Notes under the pieces: generated by a model
What the model was told of the DNA's origin: nothing
What the model saw: the letters and a program-made list of their open reading frames with translations, nothing else
The model's database searches: none
Part shown: piece by piece, positions 27,098-38,670 of the stretch
How positions within the stretch are numbered: the stretch's first letter is position 1
Layout: every line of letters starts with the position of its first letter
Translations under genes and position numbers: made by a program
NCBI GenBank assembly: GCA_017499595.2
Contig: CM039003.1
Location: 1,364,001 to 1,428,000 of the forward strand
Direction: 5' to 3'
Length of the DNA: 64,000 nt
Source of the DNA: Psilocybe cubensis
Taxonomy: Eukaryota

Positions 27098-28435
27098 TCA
27101 ATCCTTGGGCAGTGGAGTCGTAGGGAGAGGAGTAGCCGCATCGAATGAGTCCTGGAGTTTAGCCATCCCATCCTTCAACCCTTGTACAAAATTGTTCTTA
27201 GCCGAGTTTTCGACATAGCTCAGTCGGTCTTTATGCCATTTCAGCCAATTCTCTGCACGAACGCCATCGATGGACTGGTCCAACAATCCCACCGAGACGT
27301 CGATAACGTCGGGACGCCCAGCCTGCCACCAGAATGCAGTCGCGCCGCATGTTCCACAGAATTCATGATAACGTCCAGGGCTAGAAAGGTATTGCTTCAG
27401 GCCCTTGGGTCGTTCTTCCTCCTTGGACACTACGATAGGTTTGTCGGACCCTTTTTCAAAAACGTTTGTGCGAGAGACAAACATCCAGCTCTGGATGTCG
27501 AATCCACAACCTTGTCGACAATGTGAACAGACACAATGCCCCGCCAGGAATCGAGTACGTGAATGCACAGCAGGTTGTGCTTCTCCCAAAGTAGAAATCT
27601 GAGCAGGTAAATTGCTGCCGGAACCAGAGCGAGATCCGACTTCGCGGCTACCTCCAGGAGAGGGACGGACGCTCGCAGGAACGAGCATCCCTATCGAATT
27701 CTTGCGCACCGGCGGGTCAAGCCACCACTTGACGTCACTTTTGTTACGGATTGTCGACAAACGTGTCTGCGGGAGCGGGTACAGGATGTCTGGGTAAGGT
27801 GCATACGGCTGTGCCGATAGCTCGTTCGGGCGGGTTACATATATGTCAATTGCACCACAGTGGCAGTAGGCACGCATTTTCTGCGAGGTACGCGATGAAT
27901 CCGTGCGGCTTTGAAGTTTGTCGGAGCGCCAGCCAAGGGGGATTTGCTCGCTGCCTACGCGCTTCGAGTATCGCGGGAGGACTTTGCCATCGACGACTTG
28001 AATCTGATCTGCCAGGCCACCGTCCATTGTGTCGGCGACATTGATATGGCAATACAATTCCGTTAACCCTTCTGCCTGCCTCAAAGATCCGCCTGAAACA
28101 AACCACTCCGAGTCCCTCGTCAACAAAAACAGATGGGCAGAACAATTGTGGCAAAAGTACCACGCCGTGCTCGCAGAAGTTCGGTACTCGGTGAGACTGG
28201 AGTCTTTACTCGGGTCGATGGGTTGCATAGCATATGGCCCACCAATAGGGGGCCCTTCTATGGGCAAAAAATAAAAGGCCATTTCACCTGAGACATGGCG
28301 GCAGATATCGCAGTGGCAAAGGAAGTTGGTGACTGGTATGCGAGATTTCGCAAATGCAACCTGGAAACTGCCTATTCCGCAATGGCATTGTGATTTGATG
28401 TAAATCGTATTTTCGTCTTCCATAAAGGTGGACAT
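27098..28435 (-). CDS. Tandem GFA/CENP-V (Mss4-like) zinc-binding domain protein, single exon
   Basis: Uninterrupted 445-aa ORF with two sets of CHCG...C(H/V)CxxCR...FCxxC motifs. Confidence 0.85.
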   Translation of the reverse strand: MSTFMEDENTIYIKSQCHCGIGSFQVAFAKSRIPVTNFLCHCDICRHVSGEMAFYFLPIEGPPIGGPYAMQPIDPSKDSSLTEYRTSASTAWYFCHNCSAHLFLLTRDSEWFVSGGSLRQAEGLTELYCHINVADTMDGGLADQIQVVDGKVLPRYSKRVGSEQIPLGWRSDKLQSRTDSSRTSQKMRAYCHCGAIDIYVTRPNELSAQPYAPYPDILYPLPQTRLSTIRNKSDVKWWLDPPVRKNSIGMLVPASVRPSPGGSREVGSRSGSGSNLPAQISTLGEAQPAVHSRTRFLAGHCVCSHCRQGCGFDIQSWMFVSRTNVFEKGSDKPIVVSKEEERPKGLKQYLSSPGRYHEFCGTCGATAFWWQAGRPDVIDVSVGLLDQSIDGVRAENWLKWHKDRLSYVENSAKNNFVQGLKDGMAKLQDSFDAATPLPTTPLPKD

Positions 28436-28961
28436 GGATGTTGGGGGAATGAATGTATGCGAAGCGAATCAGTTTTGAGACTTTCGGGCCATGATATCAT
28501 AACCTCTGACCGTGAAACGATCGTCTTGGGAAGGCGAACTGCGGCTAACGATGGCAACGGGAATGCCGGAGCAGGCTTAAAAACGTATAACTATGTCTGG
28601 TTATCTGAAATATCTTGCTGAAAGGGTTGAAAGCCATTGTGCGTACGGTGAATTGCCAGTATGGCATCATTTTTAAGTATCTAGCAGCCAGGAACTGGCA
28701 CATACAATCCAAATTAGTCATCGATACAGCGCGTATTTTCGAGTATAAAACATTGTGGTGCAGACGGTATCGGTGGTCATTGGTGAGCAGAGTCAAGAGC
28801 TAGTCCAAGTTTGCTTCGAAGAGTTCAAGGTTCAGCGACATCACTCGTCGTACGTATACGACGCGTCAATGTCACGCATAACACACCATGACGGCGTCAA
28901 GACCGTGTCACACAACTGTGGACGGTTTTGTTTTCTTCTCTCAACAACGGTCTCCTCAATC

Positions 28962-29620
28962 ATGGCCTCAGTTCTCATGAATTTTCACCGCGGTCTGTGT
29001 CAACGGATTTATTCATCTTCAACAGTATTTGTCGCTGCCAGGCGTACTTTCGTGTCCGCAGACGCCCCCCAGCGTGTGCCACCACCACGAGACCCGTCTT
29101 TATTCCAGCTCGGACACGGGCCCTCCGCAAGACCTGCGGAGAACATCACGACAACAAAGAAGTTTTTGGAGTCTATTGGGCGCGGGATGCAAGAGAAAGT
29201 AGATCAAAATATGAGCTGGGAAGAATTATGGAAGCTTGACGGAAAGGCATTGCGGAAAGCTGGACTCGCTGTGCGCGATCGGAGGTACGCACTATTGTTT
29301 CCTTTCTCAAAAATCTATCATTTATCGGCTACATGGGTCGATCCGAGAAGGTATCTTCTCTGGTGTATGGAAAAATTCCGTCTGGGCTTCCCTCTGAGCG
29401 AATTTGTACATGAACCAACTCCAAAAAAGACGATACGCGGGTAAGTAGTGGCTTGACATCTGAACTCTCTTTCTCCATAACTCTTCGGTGCCGGGATGTT
29501 CGCTAATGTGTACATCTTATCTCTTTGTCTTGTTACAGTTGGGGACCTAAAGTACAGAATGGGAAACGGATACGTTCTCGGCGACTAAAAGACAAGTCAA
29601 AGAGAAAGGTCACCACATAA
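28962..29620 (+). CDS. FYV4: Mitochondrial small-subunit ribosomal protein mS41 (IGR-motif, Fyv4-like)
   Basis: Presequence-like N-terminus, then FLESIGRG, WEELWKLDGKALRKAGLAVRDRRYLLWCMEKFRLG and IRGWGPKVQNGKR. Two introns. Confidence 0.82.
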
Positions 29621-30002
29621 ATTTCTTTGACTAATAATAGATCCGCGCCTTTTTTATGCATACCATAGTTTTCCCTATTCAATTTCAATCTGAAACGAAT
29701 GCAAATCGTATCTTTTGAGGTCAAAACAAACTGAATATACATTGTACAACAATTGATAGTAGGTAAAGGTGCAATGTCACTAGTAAATGTTACAAGGGCA
29801 GGTCAGGGATTAGACTATACAGTAGGGGTGGATCAAACAGAACTGAAACTATAACGAGATCGAAAGGCATAGAAAGATGTAAAGAGCAAAACCAACCAGT
29901 GACGAGAGAAATGAGGTGTAGCAATGTCCATAACATGTTACGAAAATATTGATGAGGAAGAGAGAGTGAGAAACCGAGTTTTGCAACGATCACGAGCGAC
30001 AT

Positions 30003-31083
30003 CTACGCCTTCCGAGTCGATGCGCCATAACAGACGCAGATCGGATCGTCCTTATCCTTACAGTCACGCTTAAAGTGACGACGTAATGCGTCACTACGGC
30101 TGAAGGATTTCCGGCACCCTCCAACCCAAAGCTCTGCCCCATGGTCTTCTTCGATGGTATATACATCTTGTAACCTCGGTCCCTTGAGGCCAAACATATG
30201 TGCGTCCGACAAACGCACCCCGATGCAAATAGGGTTTTTGGCCTTGTTGAGCACCATGTATTGGTGGGTAGCCAAATGCCTCGTGAAGTCACTGAGGCGC
30301 TTGCTCTTGCTATGGTAGCGGCAACCATTGACGCGCTGAGGGCAAACAAAATTGAGGGCGACAATAGAAGATTTTGATAATGGAGTGCGCTCTTTGAGTT
30401 GAATGTTGCGCGGTGATGGTTGACCACGCCTTGTGTAGTTCCGGGGCTTGTGAGGGGTGGGACTGAGAGATTTTGCATGCGTAGATGCCTGTTGCTTAGT
30501 TTGAGTGGGGGAAGAAGGCGCCGTACGAGCCAGGCGCTTCGCTGGACGTTCCTCCTCAACAAAATCTAGGGGGGGAAAAGCAGATGAACGCCGACGCTTT
30601 AAAGCGGACGATGGTGCCACGGAGGCGGGAGCCTTTGACGGGCGTGGCTTGACAAATTCAACGTAGTCGTCGTCATAAGTCGCTTCATTGTCGTTACTGT
30701 CTGCATAGACACTACTTGTGTCTTCGTCTTCGTTTTCTTCACGAACTGGCTCCTCCTCTTGAGGGGCTAGAAGGAGAGGATGTAACTCGTCCTTGTCAAG
30801 CGGTTCATGAAGCGCCTGGGGTGCTATGCCACACGAGGAGCCAAAAGAAGAGTACGCGTACGAGTCCAATGCGTTTATATTCCTGATGAAGAAATTGAGC
30901 AGGCAGTAGCCTATAACGAGCGATGGAACCTTACGGTAAAGATAGAGGCAAGTTAAGCCCTTCCGGGGTACAGAACTCCGAGCTCGTTGAAGAGTCATCC
31001 GAAATATTGTTGGAGGTGTAGAAAGTGTTGAGCGGAAGTAGGTCGTAAGGAAGTTCGTCGTCTACGTAGAAAAAATTAGCCAT
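30003..31083 (-). CDS. Putative transcription factor with degenerate C2H2-type zinc fingers at the C-terminus
   Basis: Acidic/Pro-rich N-terminus, basic NLS (LKRRRS), then C..GC...RLSDFTRHLATH and WVGGCRKSFSRSDALRRH. One intron near 30885-30935. Confidence 0.72.
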
Positions 31084-31870
31084 GGTAAGGAGAGATAGTA
31101 TGGGGGATTAGACAAAACTTGATAATGGGCGAGTTTTATTTATAGGGGGGAATAGTGATAGTGAAGCATTTTACGTTTTGGGACGAAGGCGATAATTGGA
31201 CGAGGACGGTGGGCCTTGGTTGTTACATCGAGGCTTCAACGAGGTCCCAACTCTCCCGCTTCCCACCCCATAAATGGTAATCCCCGCGTAACAATGCGCG
31301 CCAATTTACAAAGAGCACAAAAGGCTCTCATAGTTACTCCTTCCGCTCTTTGCAACAAAATACAATCGTAGTCAGAATCTGCATTCCAGAAGATATATGC
31401 TGTGCATTTTATCGAGCTGTATTCGCAGTAGTTGTTGGTCACTGAATATTTTTCAGTTTTTGTGTATCCTTCGAGAGCAACGGTCCAAGAACCTGCCGAA
31501 CATTGCCGGTAAAAGAAGACGACATATCGGTACAGCATCAAAGGCGTGTAAAGCCACTTAAGAATCACCACGGAATGCGATTGGTTTTCAATGACAGAAC
31601 AGTGCCCAACCGCTATCAGTAGATAATCAAAATCGTCAGCGTTTCCCACTGAAAGACAAAGAAGAAGGAGCACTCACCGGAACTAGACTAAATGTTGACT
31701 CGGGACCTGGTTCCTCATATCGCGTGATATCATTCCTTGGACCTCTTTCAAACAAAAAAATCGTCATTGAAGTACAAACAATCAACAGAGCAGGACAAAG
31801 GGAAGAAAAGTGGGCTATTCTATCGCTAAGTAGAAACATTGCTTTCGTCGTACGCATCGTTTCGAATTCG

Positions 31871-33027
31871 TCAAGATGCCTCATCATGTAAGAGAACATA
31901 TTCTTTGGTAGAAAGTCCAAATTTAATCACTGAGAAATGTTTTGAGCTTTGTATCGCTTTCATTAAGCGGAGTCAGACGCACCATCTCCTGCCTTCAATT
32001 CGTAATAGCGAGCAGGAGGAATTGTCTCATCGTTGACGAGAGTACCGTTCGTCGACTCAAGATCTATCACAAAAGGCCTTCCGGGAAAAATGAGATCAGA
32101 ATTTCTTTCACGAGCATGTGTTAGAAGGCAAGACAAAGGGCAAGCTTACTTCACGACACCTTTAGAACTTCCAAACTCATCTTTTTCTTGCACGTAGCGG
32201 TCTGGCGAAGTCAACAATCAATTCTTTTAGTCCCCGACAAAAAGTCGCACAGTAGTCCCGAGAAGAACGTACATTGGAATACAGCATGTTGTTTGGAGCA
32301 GGATGGATGATCGACTGCTATATCTGCGACCAGGCGGTCTCTGCCCACTAAGTAGGCACTTTGTCGGTGTATATGGAGAAGTTCTAGATCCGATCTCATC
32401 AGCGTCCATACGGTCTTTTTACACCCGTTATTCGAGAGTTAATGACTCACCGACTTGCTCTGCGTCTTTGAATACATATAACCTCCATCCAAGCACGGGC
32501 TTTCGTGCCTCTGGAGGCTCATTGTATTTGAGAACTGTGCTCGTCCCGTCAACCGCTTTCACGGTGTTTGTTTCCGCAGCCAAAAGGCCAGAGGGCGCAA
32601 AATTCGGCTTAGACTTGTCCGCAGGGTCCTGCCCTGAGGGAGACCCAGAACGCGAGCCCCGAGACCTAGGGGAAGCAGACCGGCGCTGGCCACGAGACGA
32701 ATACCGATCCCTATCGCGTGCGCTATCATACCTTTCCCTATCCCGCTCACGCTCGCGCTCTCGCCGTCGTTCATCGTATCCCCTGGAATCGCGCTCCGAC
32801 CACCTGTCCTCGTTCCTCCTCGATCGGTGGTGATAGTCTCTTTCCCTGTCCCGTTCGCGGTCGCGGTCAAGATCCCTATCACGTGCAGACGATCCATAGT
32901 CTCGTTCCCTGCGCCTACTTTCATAACCTCCACCCCGTTCCCTTGAGCTGCCTCGTTTCACGCTGCTACTCAGGGCACCGTCCTCGTATTCGCGGGACCT
33001 CTTTGGTGAACGAGAACGCCTAGACAT
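31871..33027 (-). CDS. SNIP1: FHA-domain protein SNIP1/Pml1 (RES complex)
   Basis: RS/RD-rich N-terminus, PNFAPSGLLAAETN, LKYNEPPEARKP..GWRLYVFK, YLVGRDR, HPSCSKQHAV, DLESTNGT and KFGLSTKEYVLL. Confidence 0.92.
32680..32900 (-). repeat. RD/RE dipeptide low-complexity coding repeat in the SNIP1 N-terminus
   Basis: Translates as RDRDLDRDRERDRERD ... ERRRERERERDRER. Confidence 0.7.
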
Positions 33028-34557
33028 TATACTTCAGAAATCTCTGAGACGGTAGCGCGTATTACCCTTGTTTTTATGCAAAGTTAGATCCCACAGTGGG
33101 GTATATCAACGAAACTCAGGATTGAAAACGAGTAGGTTTGTCAATTGATGAACGCTCGACTCAGTTCGATTCGACCAGGTGCAGGACAACTTTTGAGTCG
33201 GAGTTTGAACCGAGTTGAACCATCGGCCCGAAGTTGTGTAGTCAACTGTAACTGCAATGATGTAGTTCGTTCGTTTGGCTAAAGAAATGAATTAATGACA
33301 TGTCATACCGAGTTAATGAGTATCCAACCGAACCTATAGAACGTATCACCTGAATTAGTTTGTAATAAAAAAAATTGCATTCATTGTTGGGTCGCCATTT
33401 GAGCTCAGAGTAAACCATTCAATGCTTTCAAGATTCAAAGGCTCAGCTCGAGACGCTCATTCGAATGAGAGACTGCGGACACATGCAAAGTAGAATCAAG
33501 AGGCGAGCAAGATCTAAGAAAGTATCGCAGTGGAAGAGGTCGTCTCGTCGATTGTATGGCTTCGCAGAGGTAGAATGTTAACAGCACGGTTGTTCATTAT
33601 CTTTAAGGTAGACGCCTTTCATGGGTTTCACGAGCTTCCATGAGGGGGATGATAGATGGAAATATTGATTATATTGGCTCATGGCGCACCTAGTTCATCG
33701 GCATGAACGCTTGATACAGACATGGGGGGGCATTTGAAAAGGAACGGTTGAATGGTCATTCCAATTCTTGGTGACGAGGGTTTAATAATTGTATAGTTGA
33801 AGAAACGCAACTTCAAGACTTAACTAATATTAAGCATTTAAGGATACATTTAGTACCTGATACAATCGTACACTTGAATGATGAGCATGGGCGACAGTGA
33901 CTTGAAGTTCGGGAAACCAGAAGTAGGCTAGCACAGTATGGGGGGAATTTCCGCTCTTCCACAGCAGAGCGAATTAAATAGGGAAGTCGTGGCAGTAGCT
34001 CTGGTTCTGTGGAAACTCTCAGGCAAGACAAAGAAATTAGAACACGCGTGAGAGGCGCCACTCGAAGAAGCTGGTATTGCACTGAGTGGAGGGACGTGTA
34101 TACCAATGTTTGATACTTTCAGTGTTTCTCACCCTAGGGCAGAAGCTTGCTATGAAAACACGGTTATTGATGTAGTTGATGTAGAATATAGAGAAAGAAT
34201 CGTTTGGGGCAGCAGAGGGAACAATAGTCAATAGCCAAAACTACATCAGTGGCCAAGGCAAAATCCCCAGCAGCTAACGGAGCAAGTGCCCTACTATGCA
34301 GCCCAAATCGGGGTACTTTGTGTGCTGTATGCAGAGAGCTTTGGTTTTAAAAGAAACGTAGCTGTGAGGTATCTCTAGTAGTTTCGACGATCAAGGGGAA
34401 TGAATGGGAATGATCATTCATTACAATTTGCAAGGAAAGTTCAGATGCCGTGTGGTGTACGCTATTTCAAACTCCGAAAGCGTTACGTCATCATCTGTAG
34501 AGCTAACTCAAGCTATCCTTTGTTGAGTAAAACGCCTGGATATCTTTTCTTTATTTC

Positions 34558-35838
34558 ATGGCTACGGTCACCCATCATATCCGTTCATATTATAATCCAG
34601 AAGACCGTGAGACTTTGGAACTGGAGACAGGGCAAGACCCAGGATGCATTAACCCTGAGCTGGAAACGGTCCGAATTCTTGACCCAGAAGAAGAATGGAG
34701 GCAGGAGGCGGCCAGGATACCCATACAGCGTCCACAACGTGCCCCACCGCAATTTGTACCCGCGACACTCTCCTACGACGAATGGAGCTTCTCTAAACCA
34801 ACGCTGTCGAAAGACGAAGCATCGTCTTCGAAAACTCTGGGCAGAAACCTTTCTGGGTGGTATAGATCTCTAACGAGCAAACAGACGAATTCGAAAGCCT
34901 CGAGCTCCAAGCAGCAGGATACAAAGCATGGCGTTTATGAATCGCAACCTCTTGTTGAAAATATCCCAAAACCTGCTCCGATGAAAGTGGATTCGCGGAA
35001 CAAGAACAACTGGTTCATCATGAAAGCGATTCAGTCCGAGGCACCCTCTGCCTCTTCTTCGTCATCCTCGACCCCGACGTCAACTCTAGCAGACATCCTT
35101 TCTAGAGAACCTCCTCCTCTTCCTTCTCAGGAAAAATTTACCCCTCCTGTTTGGCTTGAGATAGGTCCGTCAAACAAAGGTTTTGGCATGCTCCAGAGGT
35201 CAGGCTGGAACGAAGGAGAACCCCTTGGCCCTGATGTCATTCGCCGAAAACCCGTGAAGGACTTGCTTCCAGACGAAGATATGATCTCATCTAGGGAAAG
35301 AGGGAAAGAAAAAGCTCGTTCCTTTTCCTCCAACGCCCCTTCTCGGCGTGAGGTGATGGAAATGAAGATGACAGAATTTGACGACGTGAGTGAGCTCCGG
35401 AGTGTTGACGTGATAGACCTCACCCTATCAGACTCGGACTTGGATGACGGCGAATCTCTTCCAGATTTTGACAAAGACCCCATAAAACACGAAGAAGAAT
35501 CCACTTCAAGAGAGATGGATCCACCCAAGCCGGTTGACCGCATATACGAGGACGTTTCTTCGCCGTATCGACGGAAAGCTCTTCTCACACCTATTGCTAC
35601 CGTGCTCAAATCTGATAGATTAGGCATCGGACTGAAGGCAAAAACCGAGGGGATTTACAAGTCATCGAAAAAACGTGTTACCCATGGACAGGCGGCATTG
35701 GCCGCGCACGTCAAGGCAGCGGAGGAAAGTCGGATACGTCGAAAACATTATGGCCGTGGCCGTAAAGGGTTTGAGAAACAACACCGGAGGGAAGAGGAAA
35801 ATCGCAAGGCTATGCTAGCCTATTTGAAGGGCTCATGA
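34558..35838 (+). CDS. G-patch domain protein (GPANK1-like C-terminal half), single exon
   Basis: 426-aa ORF containing IGPSNKGFGMLQRSGWNEGEPLG ... TPIATVLKSDRLGIG followed by KKRVTH. Confidence 0.8.
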   Translation: MATVTHHIRSYYNPEDRETLELETGQDPGCINPELETVRILDPEEEWRQEAARIPIQRPQRAPPQFVPATLSYDEWSFSKPTLSKDEASSSKTLGRNLSGWYRSLTSKQTNSKASSSKQQDTKHGVYESQPLVENIPKPAPMKVDSRNKNNWFIMKAIQSEAPSASSSSSSTPTSTLADILSREPPPLPSQEKFTPPVWLEIGPSNKGFGMLQRSGWNEGEPLGPDVIRRKPVKDLLPDEDMISSRERGKEKARSFSSNAPSRREVMEMKMTEFDDVSELRSVDVIDLTLSDSDLDDGESLPDFDKDPIKHEEESTSREMDPPKPVDRIYEDVSSPYRRKALLTPIATVLKSDRLGIGLKAKTEGIYKSSKKRVTHGQAALAAHVKAAEESRIRRKHYGRGRKGFEKQHRREEENRKAMLAYLKGS

Positions 35839-36118
35839 TGTGTCTTTTCGCAAGTTCTGTATTCACTAGAATAGTATACAATTAGAAATTGGATTGCAGA
35901 ACACTCAACTACGGTTACACTTATGGAATAAGTAATTGCGACAAGACTTGGAATAACAACATAATTGCAAGAGAAACGTTAGAAATATCCAAAGTCGAAA
36001 CTGAAACTCGTTATTATTTGTCGTAATATGTTGAATAAAGCGGTCTAATGGGGGTATACTTGCACCGGAACATGGATGGATGAGTTGAAGAGAGAAGAAA
36101 AGTTGAAGTTGAAAGGCG

Positions 36119-37940
36119 TTAAGGCATGGTGGATTGGCCCCACACTCCCTTTGCAGATTCGCATTTGACTGAGGCGACGTACATACGTAACCACTGGATC
36201 ATCTCCTGGCTGATTTGGTTACACCTCGTCACGTCGATCATCTGGATCCGCTGGGGAGCGGCCAGGAGGGCGCCGTGGGGATTACGTTCCTGGAGACTTT
36301 TCATGCGCACATAATCAGCCGCAGCTGCAGATGCCGAAGACATCTTTGGAGCAGTAGAATGATGGTAGCGTTTGTACGCGTGGGGGTCAGCAGGGAGTCG
36401 GGATTCGATGAAAGACCTGAGAGAATCCCATGCGAAGGATGTACATCCATCGAGAGTCACATATTCAAGGTGGGGACAAGTCCACGGTTGAGGAAGCGAT
36501 AACGCCTTTGAAATACAGTAAGGAATCGGATTGACCACAAAGGGAGACGATGTCATACCTTGAAGAAAACATTGGAGATATCCTCAACTTCCACAAACTC
36601 CAAAGTGACCAGTGACGGTAGCTTGCGAAGAAGATTCACAAACTTCATCTCGTTAAAATTACAAGTTTCTATGCGCAAATGCTTGAGTGGCAGTCTCGTG
36701 AGTGCCTGAGCATAAACCAGTTGCACCAACGATGTTGCATCCTCGAGGTAGCCAAGATCCAAGGTTTCGAGTGCGGGAAAGGATATATGGCTCATGATCT
36801 CCCGTGTAAAGAAAATACCTGAATAATAGAAAGACATTTTTTTCAGACGGGGTAGATGGATTTTATTCGTGACGGGCATATCGTAATCATCTATTCGGGC
36901 AGGCGAGCATGGATGGGAGTCGACATTGCTCATGTTACGCAAGTTGAGCTCTTCAAGCTCTGGGCATTGACGAAGTGCATCGAGCATAATGGCGACGGAG
37001 GGTGTAAATGAGTTGAAATAGCCCCCCAATTTGAGTACACGGAGCCCGGTCATTAATTTCAGGTCCCATCCAAAATTGAATGACGTCAGGGAACATGAAC
37101 GAAGCTTCGGCGTGCATCCATTAAACAGGGAAAAGCGTGGGTTGGAACAGTGATCGTCTATGGAGTGGTACACCTGGATGGTCAGGCTCTCGAGAATAGG
37201 GGCGTCTTCTTGACACCGGAGGAGGGCAGTGTAGGCATGCGGTCGATTGGGCACAGTGAGGCTGAATGATCTCGTACGCCACATCGCCGGTCGGAATAAG
37301 TCCATTGCATGCATGATTTGCTCGTTGACGTTCTGAATATATTCGTTACGCGGGCCAAAATTAACTGTGATATCCAGAGGGCATGACTTAGATCGCATGA
37401 GTCGTCGCCTCGCCTTCTCCAGCGAGTTGTGCGGGCTGACCGAGATCTTCGCCCACAGAACAGGCGTATTCAACGCCACGTCCGCCCAGTATCGACTATT
37501 GGATAATACAAAAATATTAGTCCCGAGCATAGCGGATACGTCAATTTTGCCACACACCAAACCAGCATTAATGTGGGCACCATAACAGGGTCCTCGTCGC
37601 CCATACCGAGAACTCCGATAGTAAATATGCTCGACAGAAGCTCACTGGGTAGCCGAAGGACGGGGGACTGTAATCGTACTGCTGTCTCTAGCTTCGACTC
37701 GAGCTCGGTGCGCTCCTTAACCAAAGCAGCCATCTTAATGTCGATTGATGAGAGCGCCTCGCGCAAATAGGCTATCGACATGAACGTCGGGGTTCGAGGA
37801 ATGTAGACGTCGTCAACATTGCTCACTCGAGTCTTCAAGGGGGGTAAAGTGGTATAATTTTTGAGTGATGATTTCCTTCGCCTAGTAGGATTTGTAAACG
37901 TGCTAGCAGGTATTCGTGCAGGATAACTTGAAGTTGACAT
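36119..37940 (-). CDS. F-box protein with leucine-rich (RNI-like) repeats, agaricomycete family
   Basis: Coiled coil, then F-box-like SPVLRLPSELLSSIF...LMLVCRYWADVALNTPVLW, RSKSCPLDI and LRR-like LEELNL/LETLDL segments. Three exons. Confidence 0.82.
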
Positions 37941-38670
37941 GGAGGGGAGAGCAAACAAAATAGGGCACGACGAGATCGAGGCGGCCAAGGACAGCTTCCC
38001 AATTTAAGGATTATGGGTCCAATTGGGTAGTATAGAGTCCTGCGTTGGTATCGGCACCACACCAGCCAGATGCAGTGTGTGCAGAGAGTAAGACCAGCGC
38101 TCAGGCAACCTGAGCAAGATTCATTTCCGTGTCAGTGGGTGAATAGGGATATCGGCGGACGTGGCGCACCGAGAGCTCTCTAGGATCAGCGCAATGGAGA
38201 CTGAAGACGAGGGTGAAAAGGCGAGATCCATACGGACATGCGCTGGCTTATAACGATTTGGGCGATCGCGTACTGATAAAGACGTACCTACCCAAAGAGC
38301 TCGCCTGTGTTCCGCAAATGCACGAGGCAGAAAGCATGCCAATGGCTTTCTCGCAGCTGGACAAGGATCCAGAAAAACCTGATGGCTGACCTGCAACGTG
38401 GGATTTTGTAATGAACATCGAGGGCACGAGGAAGGGAACGAGGCAGACTCAGCCCAAGGCTTCAACATTATTTCGTCTACTTCGGTCTTCCAATCTCCTC
38501 GCAAGCCGATTTCCCGGGCCAAAACAAACATTTATGTCCCCAATTCCCATTTGGCTCATTGTCGCTGATACATGACTTCCAATTCTTCACTTGGATATCT
38601 CAAAGACTCAATGGCTTCGGCCATGTTTACTTTGCTTACTCTGAACTAACTACTATCACAATCAACCTCT

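Noticed and set aside
31236..31920. 145-aa and 94-aa minus-strand ORFs downstream of SNIP1
   Set aside because: Non-ATG starts or overlap with the SNIP1 last exon in another frame, and no domain signal.
32303..33023. Long antisense ORFs over SNIP1 and similar shadow ORFs over other genes
   Set aside because: Explained by codon bias and low complexity of the sense-strand genes.
33060..33260. GTTCGATTC B-box-like word and repeated GAGTT(T)GAAC upstream of SNIP1
   Set aside because: No cloverleaf, A-box or acceptor stem could be built, so it is not a tRNA. The repeats are too short to call.
33500..34400. Minus-strand ORF fragments with possible splice signals (decayed gene or lncRNA)
   Set aside because: Frequent stops and no recognisable protein motif. 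Cannot be supported without transcript data.
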